DNA of 56,820 nt from an uncultured Gammaproteobacteria bacterium (GTDB lineage: Bacteria > Patescibacteriota > Patescibacteriia > UBA9934). Position 1 is the first letter of the stretch, and the number at the start of each line of letters is the position of its first letter. Positions 36,795 to 47,394 of the stretch are shown here, piece after piece. The position numbers and the translations under genes were made by a program. Under the pieces are notes generated by a model, which worked only from the letters and a program-made list of their open reading frames with translations, had not been told where the DNA came from and searched no databases. Location of the stretch: positions 27,387 through 84,206 of the forward strand of contig CAYJQH010000004.1 in the NCBI GenBank assembly GCA_964372415.1. Direction: 5' to 3'.

Positions 36795-37271
36795 ATGAAG
36801 GGGGATGAACGAATGCTGGTTCCTTACATAACGCCGCTCGAGATCACAGAGTCGCCTGAGTTCTCGCCCTGGCTCGAATTCGAGTGCGAAGTGTTCGCGC
36901 AAGGAGGCCTGGAGGAGGGCGACAAGCGTCGCCAGAGCCGGATGCACAAGATGATTGCGAACTCCATGTTCGCCGGCGTCTCAGACGAAACGACTCTGCT
37001 TGGCTGGGCAATCACCTACGAACTGTGGGTACAGCAACTCGAGCTCGAAGGGCTGACGCAACAGTCCTTCCTCAAGAATCAGATGCGCCAGTACACCGAA
37101 GAGATGCTCATCCGTCATGCCGAGAAGGCTTCGTGGTACGTGCTCTCCCGGAAAACCAACGCCTTCGTCTACTGGGCGTATCGCCTCTGTGCCATCTTCG
37201 GCAAACAAAATCCTCACGTGGAGGCGATCAAAGAGCAAGTGGAGGTCTTCCTGTCCCGCTTCGACGAGTAG
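36795..37271 (+). CDS. Hypothetical protein (GC-rich orphan)
   Basis: ~158-aa ORF followed by a terminator hairpin; start uncertain. Confidence 0.65.
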   Translation: MKGDERMLVPYITPLEITESPEFSPWLEFECEVFAQGGLEEGDKRRQSRMHKMIANSMFAGVSDETTLLGWAITYELWVQQLELEGLTQQSFLKNQMRQYTEEMLIRHAEKASWYVLSRKTNAFVYWAYRLCAIFGKQNPHVEAIKEQVEVFLSRFDE

Positions 37272-37296
37272 GCTCTAAACAGTCATCGTCACTAGT

Positions 37297-37331
37297 CCCG
37301 CTGACAACCTAAGTCAGCGGGCGCATTTTTT
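37297..37331 (+). terminator. Intrinsic terminator
   Basis: CCCGCTGAC-aacctaa-GTCAGCGGG then gcatttttt. Confidence 0.6.
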
Positions 37332-37384
37332 ATCAGACTTACCTTCACTCTCACCCTAATTGCCAATAGCTAATAGCTAGTTAA

Positions 37385-37591
37385 CTAAGGCGTGATCTGA
37401 ATCATCGTGCCCACAATGTGGCCTACAATGAGCAATACTCCAATGCCCATGATAACAAGCCCCACGTTAAGCACCGCTCTTGCATCACTGTCGTCATTAA
37501 CGAAACCCCAAAAAATATAAGCCGCAAATCCTGTCATAAGCAAAAACGGTCCGCCAAAAAGTACGATTCCGACGAGTAAGAGTGGTGACAT
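37385..37591 (-). CDS. Small two-helix membrane protein
   Basis: 68 aa, two hydrophobic segments, TGTTATACT box 9 nt upstream. Confidence 0.65.
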   Translation of the reverse strand: MSPLLLVGIVLFGGPFLLMTGFAAYIFWGFVNDDSDARAVLNVGLVIMGIGVLLIVGHIVGTMIQITP

Positions 37592-37638
37592 ATTGGCTCC
37601 AGTATAACAGAAAACCCCGACCTTGCGTCGGAGTTTTA

Positions 37639-37716
37639 TGGTGCGAGCTGAGGGGCTCGAACCCCCGACCTCCTGGTTCGAAGCCAGGCGCTCTAATCCA
37701 GCTGAGCTAAGCCCGC
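37639..37716 (-). tRNA. tRNA-Arg (anticodon UCG)
   Basis: Cloverleaf: GCGGGCT/AGCTCGC acceptor, CCTGG-CT TCG AA-CCAGG, GGTTCGAG T-loop, encoded CCA. Confidence 0.93.
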
Positions 37717-37728
37717 AAACTGATGTAT

Positions 37729-37772
37729 AGATTAACAAAAAATTTGACTTTCGTCAAAAATTACCGCATAAT
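37729..37772. promoter_or_regulatory. Overlapping divergent tRNA promoters
   Basis: + strand TTGACT-17-CATAAT (37744-37772); - strand TTGACG-17-TAATCT; the two -35 boxes form TTGAC-tttc-GTCAA. Confidence 0.55.
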
Positions 37773-37788
37773 TCTCTTCGATAAACAG

Positions 37789-37948
37789 CGAATTCCTACT
37801 AAGTTTGGTCAGATTCAAGGAGCGAACGAGTAAGGACGGGTCGTACCCCGACGGCCTACGGCGTCGGGGCTCCGACTGAAACGTCGGAGCTGTACGAGTC
37901 CGACGGAGTGAGCGACGACGAAGATGGCTAAACTTGGGTAGGAATTCG
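37789..37948. repeat. 160-bp nested hairpin element in the tRNA-Lys leader
   Basis: Outer cgaattcctac.aagttt / aaactt.ggtaggaattcg; inner tcgtac/gtacga closing two hairpins ccccgacg/cgtcgggg and gctccgac/gtcggagc. Confidence 0.7.
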
Positions 37949-37952
37949 AAAC

Positions 37953-38028
<76 letters not shown>

Positions 38029-38029
38029 A

Positions 38030-38076
38030 AAAATCCCTCTTCCCTTCACATATGCTCAGGGTAGAGGGATTTTTTT
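38030..38076. terminator. Bidirectional terminator between tRNA-Lys and rnc
   Basis: AAAATCCCTCT...AGAGGGATTTT; loop holds a CCCTTC-N7-CTCAGGG repeat core. Confidence 0.7.
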
Positions 38077-38767
38077 ACCAATTTTTTGTCTTAAGACCAT
38101 TTTCAGCTGCCGAAATTTGCGCCTCTTGTTTACTTGATCCCTGGCCTTCGGCTACAAGGTCTTTGCCTAGATAAACACCAATTTTGAAAGTCTTAGCGTG
38201 GTCTGGTCCAGATTCTTCGATAACTTTATAACTGGGCGTCAAACCCAATTTTGATTGGGCTGATTCTTGGAAACGACTCTTAGGATCTATGTACAAACGT
38301 TTTTCAATAATTTCATCGAGCTTTGACACCACGTGTTTCATTATAAAATCCCTGGACTCTTCCCAGCCGAGGTCTAGGTAAACAGCTCCAATGATGGCTT
38401 CCATGGCATTAGCCAAAATGTAATGACGAGCCTTGGAATTGGCATCCTTCTCCTCACCTCTTGAAAGATACAAATAAGGCTCAACGCCAAGACCCTGGGC
38501 AATCTCCGACAAGCTGTCACCATTCACTAAAGCTGAGCGCCAAGTAGTAAGCTCCCCTTCGGGATTTGGGTAGGTGTTATAGAGGTACTCGGTGACGACG
38601 AGCTCAAGCACGGCATCCCCGAGAAACTCCAAACGCTCATTATGCTGTAGCGGAAACTCGGGGTGTTCGTTTAGATATGAGCGGTGGACCACTGCTTGCT
38701 CCAAATGTCCCTCCGGTTTGTACTTAACGCCCAGTTGCTCCGCGAGCGCCTTAATATCTCTTTCCAT
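38075..38767 (-). CDS. rnc: Ribonuclease III
   Basis: NERLEFLGDAVL signature, dsRBD with GPDHAKTF. Confidence 0.98.
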   Translation of the reverse strand: MERDIKALAEQLGVKYKPEGHLEQAVVHRSYLNEHPEFPLQHNERLEFLGDAVLELVVTEYLYNTYPNPEGELTTWRSALVNGDSLSEIAQGLGVEPYLYLSRGEEKDANSKARHYILANAMEAIIGAVYLDLGWEESRDFIMKHVVSKLDEIIEKRLYIDPKSRFQESAQSKLGLTPSYKVIEESGPDHAKTFKIGVYLGKDLVAEGQGSSKQEAQISAAENGLKTKNW

Positions 38768-38780
38768 AATTACTTTACAT

Positions 38781-39335
38781 CTAATCATTTGAGGGACTCG
38801 GTTGTCGTGAGTCGTCGGCTTTTTTTGTTACCTGATTCTTGGGGCTCGCGTCTTGCGTTACGTTAGTTTTTTCCGCCTTTTTCTTTTCCATCTCAAGATC
38901 AATGTTTTTTCGCTCCCCTTTCTCAAGCATGTCTTTGTACACCGCACCTAAAACTCCATTTACAAATTTTCCGGAGGCGTCGCCGCCAAAGGTCTTACCA
39001 AGTTCGATCGCCTCGTTGATGGCGACAACCGAAGGAATACTATCATCGAATTTAAGTTCGTAAATTCCTAAACGCAAGATGTTTCGATCAACGATCGTCA
39101 TGGTTTCCACCGTCCAGTTGGGGGCAAAGGCATTCAACAGTTCATCAAGTTCTTTTTGCTTTTCCACGATAGCCTTTACTTGTTTTTCAACATAACCGCC
39201 GTCATCAAAATCCTTAGAAAATTCCTGTTTAACAAAACCGACAATGTCTTCTACTTGAGATGGGGCTCGTCCGCGGAAATCCCATTCATACAAGCACTGC
39301 ATGGCCATGGTTCTTGCCAAGTGACGGTTCGACAT
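38781..39335 (-). CDS. nusB: Transcription antitermination factor NusB
   Basis: RHLARTMAMQCLY, DRNILRLG, AINEAIELGKTFG, KFVNGVL. Confidence 0.96.
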   Translation of the reverse strand: MSNRHLARTMAMQCLYEWDFRGRAPSQVEDIVGFVKQEFSKDFDDGGYVEKQVKAIVEKQKELDELLNAFAPNWTVETMTIVDRNILRLGIYELKFDDSIPSVVAINEAIELGKTFGGDASGKFVNGVLGAVYKDMLEKGERKNIDLEMEKKKAEKTNVTQDASPKNQVTKKADDSRQPSPSND

Positions 39336-39378
39336 ACATGTACATCGTAACAGGAAATCACGGCAGCTGCAAAAGCAA

Positions 39379-39440
39379 AGCCGGTTAGCCGATTAGCCCG
39401 TTAGGGTTGAGCTACTAATCGACTAACCGGCTAATCGGCT
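39379..39440. repeat. Paired inverted octamer array CCG(G/A)TTAG
   Basis: ccggttag ccgattag cccgttag ... ctaatcga ctaaccgg ctaatcgg. Confidence 0.7.
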
Positions 39441-39447
39441 GTTCCGA

Positions 39448-39699
39448 TTACTTAACTTCTTTTGATGACTCTTCGGTTTTTTTACTTACCGTTTTCTTAT
39501 CCAGAACCTTAGCTACTTCACTCATGCCAGTCTTTTTGATACTGCGTTCGGCGTAGGCACCACAAGCCACACAAGCGCGATGTGGCAAAATAGCCACGCC
39601 ACACTTGGCGCATGCGGCCGTAGCCGTAGCCTTAAGTGCATGATGCGACCGGCGACGACGTACTTTGGACCTTGAATTTCGGAATGCTGGCAATGGCAT
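39448..39699 (-). CDS. rpmF: 50S ribosomal protein L32
   Basis: RRRSHHAL, CAKC...PHRACVACG zinc motif. Confidence 0.93.
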   Translation of the reverse strand: MPLPAFRNSRSKVRRRRSHHALKATATAACAKCGVAILPHRACVACGAYAERSIKKTGMSEVAKVLDKKTVSKKTEESSKEVK

Positions 39700-39775
39700 A
39701 GTATCGGACTTAGCTATTTGGGAATTCCAGAAGTGGAATTAATGTGCCAGAGTTTACGAGAAAGACCTGAAAAGG

Positions 39776-42286
39776 TCAAGCTTTCTGTGGCTGAGCGTCT
39801 CCTCCACCTACCAAAGCCACTGTCGCCACTTTATCGTTGGCATTCTTAAAGCGCATCACGCGGACTCCTTGGGTGGCCCGGCCGAGTTCGGAAATAGAGG
39901 TCACGGATGTTCTAATGACCTGACCAGCTACAGACACGGCCAAAAGATCACGAGGGTCTTTTTTGGATACCATGTGCGCCGCAATGAGCTTGCCGGTCTT
40001 CCCTGTAATCTGGGCTGTCTTAATACCGCTCCCACCTCGCTTCTGGAGACTATATTCTTCAAGATCAGTGCGCTTGCCGTAGCCGTTTTCCATAATGGTA
40101 AGTAGTTGGTTGCCAGCTTTGATGTCGTCTTTAGTCACGACTTCCATACCCACAATCCAATCTTCCCCTTTCATCTTCATGCCCCGCACACCGGCCGCCA
40201 CGCGACCCATGGAGCGTACATCTTTTTCACTAAAATGAACCGACTGGCCATTGGCCGTGACGAGCATAATGTCATCGTTCCCGGTTGAGGTCTTGACCCA
40301 CTCTAAAGCATCTCCGTCATTGAGCTTTATGGCAATAAGACCAGAGCGACGCACGTTCTCAAAGTCTTCAATGGCCGTCTTTTTAATGGTGCCGCGGGTC
40401 GTCACCATGATAATAAACTTAGCTGCCTCTTTTTTGAGATCACCCGAAAGAACAGTCGTTACTTTTTCTCCTGGACCGAGCTCCAGGAAGTTCACTATCG
40501 CTTGTCCTTTAGCGGTACGCGAGGCTTCTGGAATTTCGTAAGCTTTTAGCCTAAACACGCGACCACGACTCGTGAAAAACATCATGTCCTGATGCGTGGT
40601 TGTAGAAAATACCGCCTCAACGGAATCTTCTTCTTTGGTAGTAAGTCCTATGACACCTTTTCCGCCACGGTGTTGCTGGGCAAAGGTATCGGGCGGCAAA
40701 CGCTTAATATAGCCGTCTTTGGTCATAAGGACCACCGCCTGCGCGTCTGGTATTAAATCCTCCATGGAGAACTCTTTAATGCCAGCTTTGATAATCTTGG
40801 TGCGTCGTTCGTCACCGTAATTTTTTATTAACTCCTCGTATTCTTTACGAATAACAGCCAGCATTTTCTTTTGAGACTTAAGGATGCTCTCAAGCTCCTC
40901 CATGATAGCCAGCTTTTCTTTAAACTCTTGCTCGATTTTCATGACCTCAAGATTAGCTAAACTCTGTAGGCGCATCTCAAGAATGGCGACTGCTTGGCGC
41001 TCAGTCATCTTGAATTTTTTCATCAAATTATCGCGAGCCTCGTCGCGATCTTTTGATTTTTTGATGGTCGCAATCACCTCGTCGATCTTCTTTAATGCGA
41101 TACGTAGACCTTCAAGTATATGCAGCCGGTCCTTCACTTTATCTAGGTCGAATTGGGTGCGGCGGCGAACCACCTCACCGCGGTGCTTAATATGCTCCTC
41201 AAGCATTTGCTTAAGGTTCAAAATACGTGGCTGAATGCCATCAACTAGCGCCAGCACGTTATAGTGAAAAGTCGTCTGAAGCGGCGTCATCTGATACAGC
41301 TGATTCAAAACCTTGCGAGGATACGCATCTTTCTTGAGCTCAACTACAATGCGAACACCTTCTTTGTTCGACTCGTCACGCAAGTCGCGGATGCCTTCAA
41401 TTTTCTTTTCACGAACAAGGTCGGCAATCTTCTCAAGAAGCGAAGCCTTATTTACCATGTAAGGAATTTCGGTCACGACAATTTGGCTGCTCTCCTTTTT
41501 TCCTTCAACTATTTCGGCCGCCGCTCGAACATCTACCCCGCCGCGTCCGGTGGCGTAAGCAGTTTTTAAATCTCTGGCGCCATAAATAATGCCGCCAGTT
41601 GGAAAATCAGGGCCCGGAATTATTTCTAGTAATTCGTCGATTGTAGTTTCGGGTTTGTCGACTAAGCGAAGCAAAGCATTCAGAACCTCTTTGACATTGT
41701 GCGGCGGCACGTTGGTCGCCATACCGACGGCAATGCCTAACATGCCGTTCACTAGAAGGTTGGGAAGTTTTGACGGAAGGACAACCGGTTCATCATGCGT
41801 TCCATCGTAATTTTTCCTAAAATTAACCGTGTTCTTTTCTATATCAACAAGCATCTCCTCACAAATCCGCGACAGCTTAGCCTCCGTATAACGCATGGCG
41901 GCCGCCGCGTCGCCGTCCATCGAACCGAAGTTTCCTTGACCATGAACCAAGGGGTATCGGAATGAAAAGTCCTGTGCCATCCGAACCATGGACTCGTAAA
42001 TAGCACTATCACCGTGCGGATGATATTTAGCCATCACTTCACCGACTACATTGGCCGATTTACGAAAACGTGACCCGGCTCTAAGACCGATCGACCACAT
42101 GGCATACAAAATACGGCGATGCACCGGTTTCAAACCATCACGAACATCAGGCAGGGCGCGCGAAACAATCACCGACATGGCGTAATCCAAATACGCCCGA
42201 CGCATTTCTTCTACTAGACTTTGATCTTTTACAAGACCAACCGGCATGAGCTCGGCTGCCATTTGTTCTTTGGGAGGATTCGCCAT
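39776..42286 (-). CDS. gyrA: DNA gyrase subunit A
   Basis: [27 protein letters not shown], GyrA-box-like QHRGGKG. Confidence 0.98.
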   Translation of the reverse strand: MANPPKEQMAAELMPVGLVKDQSLVEEMRRAYLDYAMSVIVSRALPDVRDGLKPVHRRILYAMWSIGLRAGSRFRKSANVVGEVMAKYHPHGDSAIYESMVRMAQDFSFRYPLVHGQGNFGSMDGDAAAAMRYTEAKLSRICEEMLVDIEKNTVNFRKNYDGTHDEPVVLPSKLPNLLVNGMLGIAVGMATNVPPHNVKEVLNALLRLVDKPETTIDELLEIIPGPDFPTGGIIYGARDLKTAYATGRGGVDVRAAAEIVEGKKESSQIVVTEIPYMVNKASLLEKIADLVREKKIEGIRDLRDESNKEGVRIVVELKKDAYPRKVLNQLYQMTPLQTTFHYNVLALVDGIQPRILNLKQMLEEHIKHRGEVVRRRTQFDLDKVKDRLHILEGLRIALKKIDEVIATIKKSKDRDEARDNLMKKFKMTERQAVAILEMRLQSLANLEVMKIEQEFKEKLAIMEELESILKSQKKMLAVIRKEYEELIKNYGDERRTKIIKAGIKEFSMEDLIPDAQAVVLMTKDGYIKRLPPDTFAQQHRGGKGVIGLTTKEEDSVEAVFSTTTHQDMMFFTSRGRVFRLKAYEIPEASRTAKGQAIVNFLELGPGEKVTTVLSGDLKKEAAKFIIMVTTRGTIKKTAIEDFENVRRSGLIAIKLNDGDALEWVKTSTGNDDIMLVTANGQSVHFSEKDVRSMGRVAAGVRGMKMKGEDWIVGMEVVTKDDIKAGNQLLTIMENGYGKRTDLEEYSLQKRGGSGIKTAQITGKTGKLIAAHMVSKKDPRDLLAVSVAGQVIRTSVTSISELGRATQGVRVMRFKNANDKVATVALVGGGDAQPQKA

Positions 42287-42289
42287 AAA

Positions 42290-42679
42290 CTATTCTGCCT
42301 GTACTTCTGTAACTGGCTCTTCGGTCACGACCCCAGCCACTTCGCCGGTAACCGTTTCATCCGTCGGTTCAATGTTTATTTCTTCGGTCAATGTCGTGTC
42401 CACGGGCGCCGCCTGTTCTTGAGCCAAGAGAGCGCGGAGTCCAGCCACGAGCTCTGTAAGATCCTCGCTAGATTCAGCGTCTTTTTTTACTTCTTGTATC
42501 TGGTTTGTAACGACCGAAAAATCGTCGCGCTTAGCGGCAAGCTGAGCCTTAGAAAAAGTCATCCAAGCTTGTAGGCCGCCAATCAAAACGACCGACATTA
42601 CTCCCAAACCAACAAACGAAAACATGCGCCAACGATTTTGAGCTTTAGTGTGAGGCAAAAAGAGTCGTTTACCTTGCAT
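42290..42679 (-). CDS. Hypothetical single-TM protein
   Basis: One hydrophobic helix, coiled coil, acidic tail; co-oriented with gyrA. Confidence 0.65.
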   Translation of the reverse strand: MQGKRLFLPHTKAQNRWRMFSFVGLGVMSVVLIGGLQAWMTFSKAQLAAKRDDFSVVTNQIQEVKKDAESSEDLTELVAGLRALLAQEQAAPVDTTLTEEINIEPTDETVTGEVAGVVTEEPVTEVQAE

Positions 42680-42680
42680 A

Positions 42681-43304
42681 TTATTTTTCAAAAATCACTA
42701 TTTTCATATCTTCTTGGGGCAGACCTGAACGAGTGATTTTGAGCTTTTGAGTGCTTTCGCTCTGGGCTCCAATCTCGCGCTTCACCGCCTCTACTCCCGC
42801 TTGTTCAGCGTAAGACACAATGACGATTCTAGGCTCAACCTGAGCAACTACCTCGCCGGCATGAGCCGGAGTCAACATACCCTTCCCGGTTGGCACGATC
42901 AAAATATCAATCGGACCTAATGTTTCTACCTCTTGAGAGGTCAGGGCGCGATCTAAAGCACCTAAAAACCCGATTTTTATCCCCTCGGCATCAAGTCTAA
43001 AAATAGCGTGTGGTGTGCCGTCCTTTTTAGGGGCGTCGATCCCGGTTGCAAACATGCCGTGTACCTCATACTCCCCCGCATGCGACACCACAAACACCTT
43101 TTTGCCTTCTTCTGGGTGTTCTGGCGAAATAGCCGACAAGTTGTCAGTGTCATTGCCCGCATGCGATTGAACAACAATGGAGGCAGCAGTTGATTTCATT
43201 TTACTCTCCCCAAGACTGAAAGGATTTGTTACGAGTGTTACCTCACTAGCTGCCGGTTTAGCGGTAACCGTAAAGCTCCCAAGGCCATTCCAAGAGATCT
43301 GCAT
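42681..43304 (-). CDS. Metallo-beta-lactamase-fold protein with degenerate metal motif
   Basis: MQISWNGLGSF, GEYEVHG, DILIVP, VEPRIVI fit the fold; SHAGNDTD replaces HxHxDH. Confidence 0.7.
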   Translation of the reverse strand: MQISWNGLGSFTVTAKPAASEVTLVTNPFSLGESKMKSTAASIVVQSHAGNDTDNLSAISPEHPEEGKKVFVVSHAGEYEVHGMFATGIDAPKKDGTPHAIFRLDAEGIKIGFLGALDRALTSQEVETLGPIDILIVPTGKGMLTPAHAGEVVAQVEPRIVIVSYAEQAGVEAVKREIGAQSESTQKLKITRSGLPQEDMKIVIFEK

Positions 43305-43341
43305 AATTTGGAATTATGTTAACACAACCCCTGACTTCCGC

Positions 43342-44064
43342 CTAGGTCTGATTGTTGTCTTCTGACTCCTTCAAAACCGTTGTCCAATATTCGATTTCTT
43401 GAGCAATTTCCTCCTCTTTGGGGTCACGTTCCACAATCGACCAACCCTCCTCTAGTTGCTCAGCCTTACCCCGAATTTCGTCAGCATAGGTAGCATCTCG
43501 CTCAGCCAGGTTACGCAGTTTATCAATAAGGCCCTGGAGTCGGTCTTGTTCCTGTTTCCATTTTTGGACCAGGCCCTCGAATGTCTCCCTTCGTTCTTTT
43601 GCCCGTTCGTCACACTGCTTGTGGAGCACATCATGCGCCAAAAGGATCCCCTGCTCCACCTGATAACGCTCGGTCGGCAAAAGATCACGTTCAAACAGCT
43701 TACTGTTTGTGTATTCGATAATATGTACGCCGCTATCGGTAACTTTTTTAATTTTTTCAAGCACCGCGGGTTCAAGACGCGCAAAAACCTCTGTTTGTAG
43801 TCGCTGTTCTTCATCACTCGCGCACAGCTCCATGTACGCTTTCCGGTATGGAAACTCCTTTTTCCCTACGTGAACAAGGGCCTGTATTATTTGTCGCTCA
43901 TTGGCTGCTGGATTTGAGCTAAGTTCGGCGTAAAATTTATTGGCTTCTGCAATAACTTCTGGTGGCGTAAGCGGTACCAAGCGATCGATTGAGATCTTAA
44001 ACTCGTCGAGCAGGTACTTGTGTGGGGTTTTCAAAGTTTTAACTTGCTGATCAGAGAAATTCAT
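43342..44064 (-). CDS. Hypothetical helical protein
   Basis: 240-aa ORF, charged and helical. Confidence 0.8.
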   Translation of the reverse strand: MNFSDQQVKTLKTPHKYLLDEFKISIDRLVPLTPPEVIAEANKFYAELSSNPAANERQIIQALVHVGKKEFPYRKAYMELCASDEEQRLQTEVFARLEPAVLEKIKKVTDSGVHIIEYTNSKLFERDLLPTERYQVEQGILLAHDVLHKQCDERAKERRETFEGLVQKWKQEQDRLQGLIDKLRNLAERDATYADEIRGKAEQLEEGWSIVERDPKEEEIAQEIEYWTTVLKESEDNNQT

Positions 44065-44128
44065 ACTGCAATAAGTCTACAGTATAATCTTCAGCCAATA
44101 AACAAAAGGTCTCAACAACCTTCAATCA

Positions 44129-44157
44129 TTGACGGAATATGGTCCTTCCCGTAAACT
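44129..44157 (+). promoter_or_regulatory. sigma70-type promoter for rpsA-ftsH
   Basis: TTGACG-17 nt-TAAACT. Confidence 0.7.
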
Positions 44158-44232
44158 AACCCCACTCATTTATTCTTAATCCCCGAAAGCCTTTTGGGCC
44201 ATCGCCCAGGACGCGGTCGGGCATTATCGTTT

Positions 44233-45366
44233 ATGGTTACCGAAACACCAGTCAGTGAACTTGCTAAACTTTTGGATAGTGGCAATTACTTAGCCATGCC
44301 TAAGGTTGGTGATTTAGTTAAGGGTAAAGTTCTCTCAACCAAGGGCCGACAAATCAAAATTGATGTTCGTGGTCTCAAAGTCGGTGTAGTGCGTGGTCGT
44401 GAACTCTACGCCGAGTCAGAAATTTACAAAAACTTAAAACCCGGCGCCGAAGTTGAAGCTACGGTGGTTGATTTGGAAAACGAAAACGGCGAAGTGGAAT
44501 TATCGTTCCGTCACGCCGGGCAGAAACGCGCCTGGAAAGATTTGTCAACACTTTCGCAAAGTGGTGAAGCAGTCAGCGTTAAGGTGTTAGATGCCAACAA
44601 GGGTGGCTTAATTGTCCGCGTTGGTCACCTTCAGGGCTTCTTGCCGGTCTCGCAGCTTGCGCCAGAACATTATCCGCGTGTCTCAGGTGGCGACAAACAA
44701 AAAATTCTTGAAAAACTAAAGAGCCTGGTTAATACCGATGTTCGGGTAAAAATTCTGGACGTCCTTGAAGACGACGGCAAGCTTATTGTGTCTGAAAAAG
44801 CCGTTTGGGAAGATGAGCAAAAGAATGTCATTGCCCAGTGCAAAGTTGGCGATATCGTGGCTGGCGACATAAGCGCGGTGGCCGACTTCGGGGTCTTCGT
44901 AAAGTTCTTCCCGACCGGTTCTGAGGTACCGCTTGAGGGTCTTGTTCACATCTCAGAAATTGCCTGGCAACGCATTGATCACCCTAAGGATCTTCTGAAA
45001 GTTGACGATAACGTTCGCGCCGAAATTATCGGCATAGAAGGCAGCAAAATTTTCCTCTCAATGAAGAAACTCACTGCCGACCCTTGGACAGATGTGGCAA
45101 AACGCTACAATATAGGTGAATGGGTTGAAGGCAAAATTGTGAAGACCAACCCGTTCGGCTTCTTTGTAGAACTCGACAAAGATATTCAGGGCTTGGCTCA
45201 TGTTTCGGAACTGTCTGAAACGCCAACTGATGACCCGTCAAAAATAGCCAAAATTGGTGATACTCTAAAATTCCGCATCGTGTCCATTGAACCAAACGAA
45301 CATCGTTTGGGGTTGTCCCTTAAAACTGAGGATAAAAAGTCAGAGCCCGCCTCGCCTAACGCCTAA
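44233..45366 (+). CDS. rpsA: 30S ribosomal protein S1 (four S1 domains)
   Basis: Repeated S1 motifs: GFLPVSQL, FGVFV...GLVHISE, FGFFV...GLAHVSE. Confidence 0.92.
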   Translation: MVTETPVSELAKLLDSGNYLAMPKVGDLVKGKVLSTKGRQIKIDVRGLKVGVVRGRELYAESEIYKNLKPGAEVEATVVDLENENGEVELSFRHAGQKRAWKDLSTLSQSGEAVSVKVLDANKGGLIVRVGHLQGFLPVSQLAPEHYPRVSGGDKQKILEKLKSLVNTDVRVKILDVLEDDGKLIVSEKAVWEDEQKNVIAQCKVGDIVAGDISAVADFGVFVKFFPTGSEVPLEGLVHISEIAWQRIDHPKDLLKVDDNVRAEIIGIEGSKIFLSMKKLTADPWTDVAKRYNIGEWVEGKIVKTNPFGFFVELDKDIQGLAHVSELSETPTDDPSKIAKIGDTLKFRIVSIEPNEHRLGLSLKTEDKKSEPASPNA

Positions 45367-45384
45367 CTTAATTAGGCAGTAATT

Positions 45385-47232
45385 ATGAAACCACTGTCCA
45401 AACACATCATTGTGTTTCTCGTGATGCTGTTTGCCGTCGGTGCCATTTTCTCCGTGACCAATCTCGAGCCAAAAAACATCGAAACCATCGGTGTCACTAC
45501 ACTGGTGGAGAAGATAAAAAACCAAGAAATAATCCGCCTCGAGGTCCAGGAGGACACCATTACGGCATTCACCGCAGATCAGGAATACACCACTAAAAAA
45601 GAATCTGGCGAGTCGCTGTCGGAGCTTCTGGCTAATTACGGCCTGACCCCGGAAGAACTTGCCAGTGTGAACATAGAGGTTAAAGAACCGAGCGCCTCGG
45701 TTACCTTTGTTAGGAGCGTCTTCCCGACTGCCCTCTTTATTTTGGGGCTCTCGGTTGTCTTGTGGTTCTTTATTCGTCAAATGCAGGGCGCTAATACTCG
45801 CGCCTTAACTTTTGGTCAGGCTAATGCTCGAGAATTTAGCGGCAAAAAAAACCGTCTTACCTTTAAGGATGTTGCCGGAAATCCCGAGGCTAAAGAAGAA
45901 TTGGCAGAAATTGTTGAATTCTTGAAAAGCCCCAAAAAATTCTCTGATCTTGGAGCCAAGATTCCCAAGGGAGTACTGCTCATGGGACCTCCGGGAACCG
46001 GTAAAACGCTTATTGCCCGCGCCGTGGCTGGTGAAGCCAACGTGCCGTTCTTTCACATTTCTGGCTCCGAATTTGTGGAGATGTTTGTGGGTGTCGGTGC
46101 CTCACGCGTCAGGGACCTCTTCCAAAAAGCCAAAAAAACCGCTCCTTGCATTGTCTTTATTGACGAAATAGATGCCGTTGGCCGACAGCGTGGGGCTGGC
46201 CTGGGTGGCGGACACGATGAGCGCGAACAAACTTTGAACCAAATCCTAGTTGAGATGGACGGCTTTGACCCCAACATCGGCGTTATTGTTGTCGCCGCCA
46301 CTAACCGCCCGGACGTTTTGGACCCGGCGCTTCTCCGCCCTGGACGTTTTGACCGCCGAGTAGTACTTGATAAACCAGATCTCAAGGCGCGTGAAGAAAT
46401 ACTCCGCATTCACGCCGAAAAAAAACCTCTTGGCAGCGACGTTGACTTGAAACGTATCGCGGAACGCACCGTGGGCCTCGCGGGCGCCGATCTTATGAAT
46501 ATCATGAACGAGGCAGCCATCTTTGCCGCTCGTCGTGATCGTAAAGAAATCATGCAAATCGACATGCTCGACGCCATTGAAAAGGTGCTCCTTGGCCCGG
46601 AACGCAAAAGTCACATCTTAAGCGCCGACGAACGATTACTCACAGCTTATCACGAAGCTGGTCACGCTTTAGTCGGTCACCTTTTGCCTCACTGCGACGA
46701 GGTGCACAAAATCTCTATCATCTCGCGCGGCCGTGCTGCCGGTTACACCATGAGTGTTCCCGAAGAAGATCGCAAGATGCACTCGCGCCAGGAATTCCTT
46801 GATGAGATAGCCATGGCACTCGGCGGTTACGTGGCCGAACGCGAGATCTTTGGCGACCTCACAACCGGCGCCGGCAGCGATCTACAGAAAGCAACCCAAC
46901 TAGCTCGTGAGCTCGTTACCCAATACGGCATGAGCGATACCCTTGGCCCGCGAACCTACGGTGAACGCGAAGAAATGATCTTTTTAGGCAAGCAAATTCA
47001 CGAAAACCGTGACTACTCGGAAAAAATCGCCGAAACCATCGACAACGAAATAAACAATCTTCTGAAACGCGCCCTTGATGTAGCCACTAATCTCATAAAA
47101 ACGAATCGCGAAAAAATGGATAAAGTGGTTAAAGTTCTCTTGGAAAAAGAAACCATCGAAAAAGAAGAATTCGCCACAATTATCGGCCCGGCCAACAAGG
47201 CGCCGAAGTTCGTACCAAAACCCGCGGTCTAA
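45385..47232 (+). CDS. ftsH: ATP-dependent zinc metalloprotease FtsH
   Basis: Two TMs, [25 protein letters not shown]. Confidence 0.98.
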   Translation: MKPLSKHIIVFLVMLFAVGAIFSVTNLEPKNIETIGVTTLVEKIKNQEIIRLEVQEDTITAFTADQEYTTKKESGESLSELLANYGLTPEELASVNIEVKEPSASVTFVRSVFPTALFILGLSVVLWFFIRQMQGANTRALTFGQANAREFSGKKNRLTFKDVAGNPEAKEELAEIVEFLKSPKKFSDLGAKIPKGVLLMGPPGTGKTLIARAVAGEANVPFFHISGSEFVEMFVGVGASRVRDLFQKAKKTAPCIVFIDEIDAVGRQRGAGLGGGHDEREQTLNQILVEMDGFDPNIGVIVVAATNRPDVLDPALLRPGRFDRRVVLDKPDLKAREEILRIHAEKKPLGSDVDLKRIAERTVGLAGADLMNIMNEAAIFAARRDRKEIMQIDMLDAIEKVLLGPERKSHILSADERLLTAYHEAGHALVGHLLPHCDEVHKISIISRGRAAGYTMSVPEEDRKMHSRQEFLDEIAMALGGYVAEREIFGDLTTGAGSDLQKATQLARELVTQYGMSDTLGPRTYGEREEMIFLGKQIHENRDYSEKIAETIDNEINNLLKRALDVATNLIKTNREKMDKVVKVLLEKETIEKEEFATIIGPANKAPKFVPKPAV

Positions 47233-47240
47233 AGGCAGCA

Positions 47241-47350
47241 ACTAGCCATTAACCACTAGATACTAGCCAGCCACTAATTAATTAGCTACTAGGAAAACGA
47301 GTACTTTTAGTAGCTAGTCTTTAGTTGCTGGCTAGAGGCTAGTCGCTAGT
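47241..47350. repeat. Paired inverted heptamer array (ACTAGCN)
   Basis: actagcc attaacc actagat actagcc ... / rc actagcg actagcc tctagcc. Confidence 0.7.
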
Positions 47351-47394
47351 TTGTACTTTCTGTATGTTGTATACTAGTCTTCAATTGGAGGACT

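Noticed and set aside
37592-37738. N-terminal part of the 117-aa ORF 37385-37738
   Set aside because: Overlaps tRNA-Arg; the real gene most likely starts at 37591.
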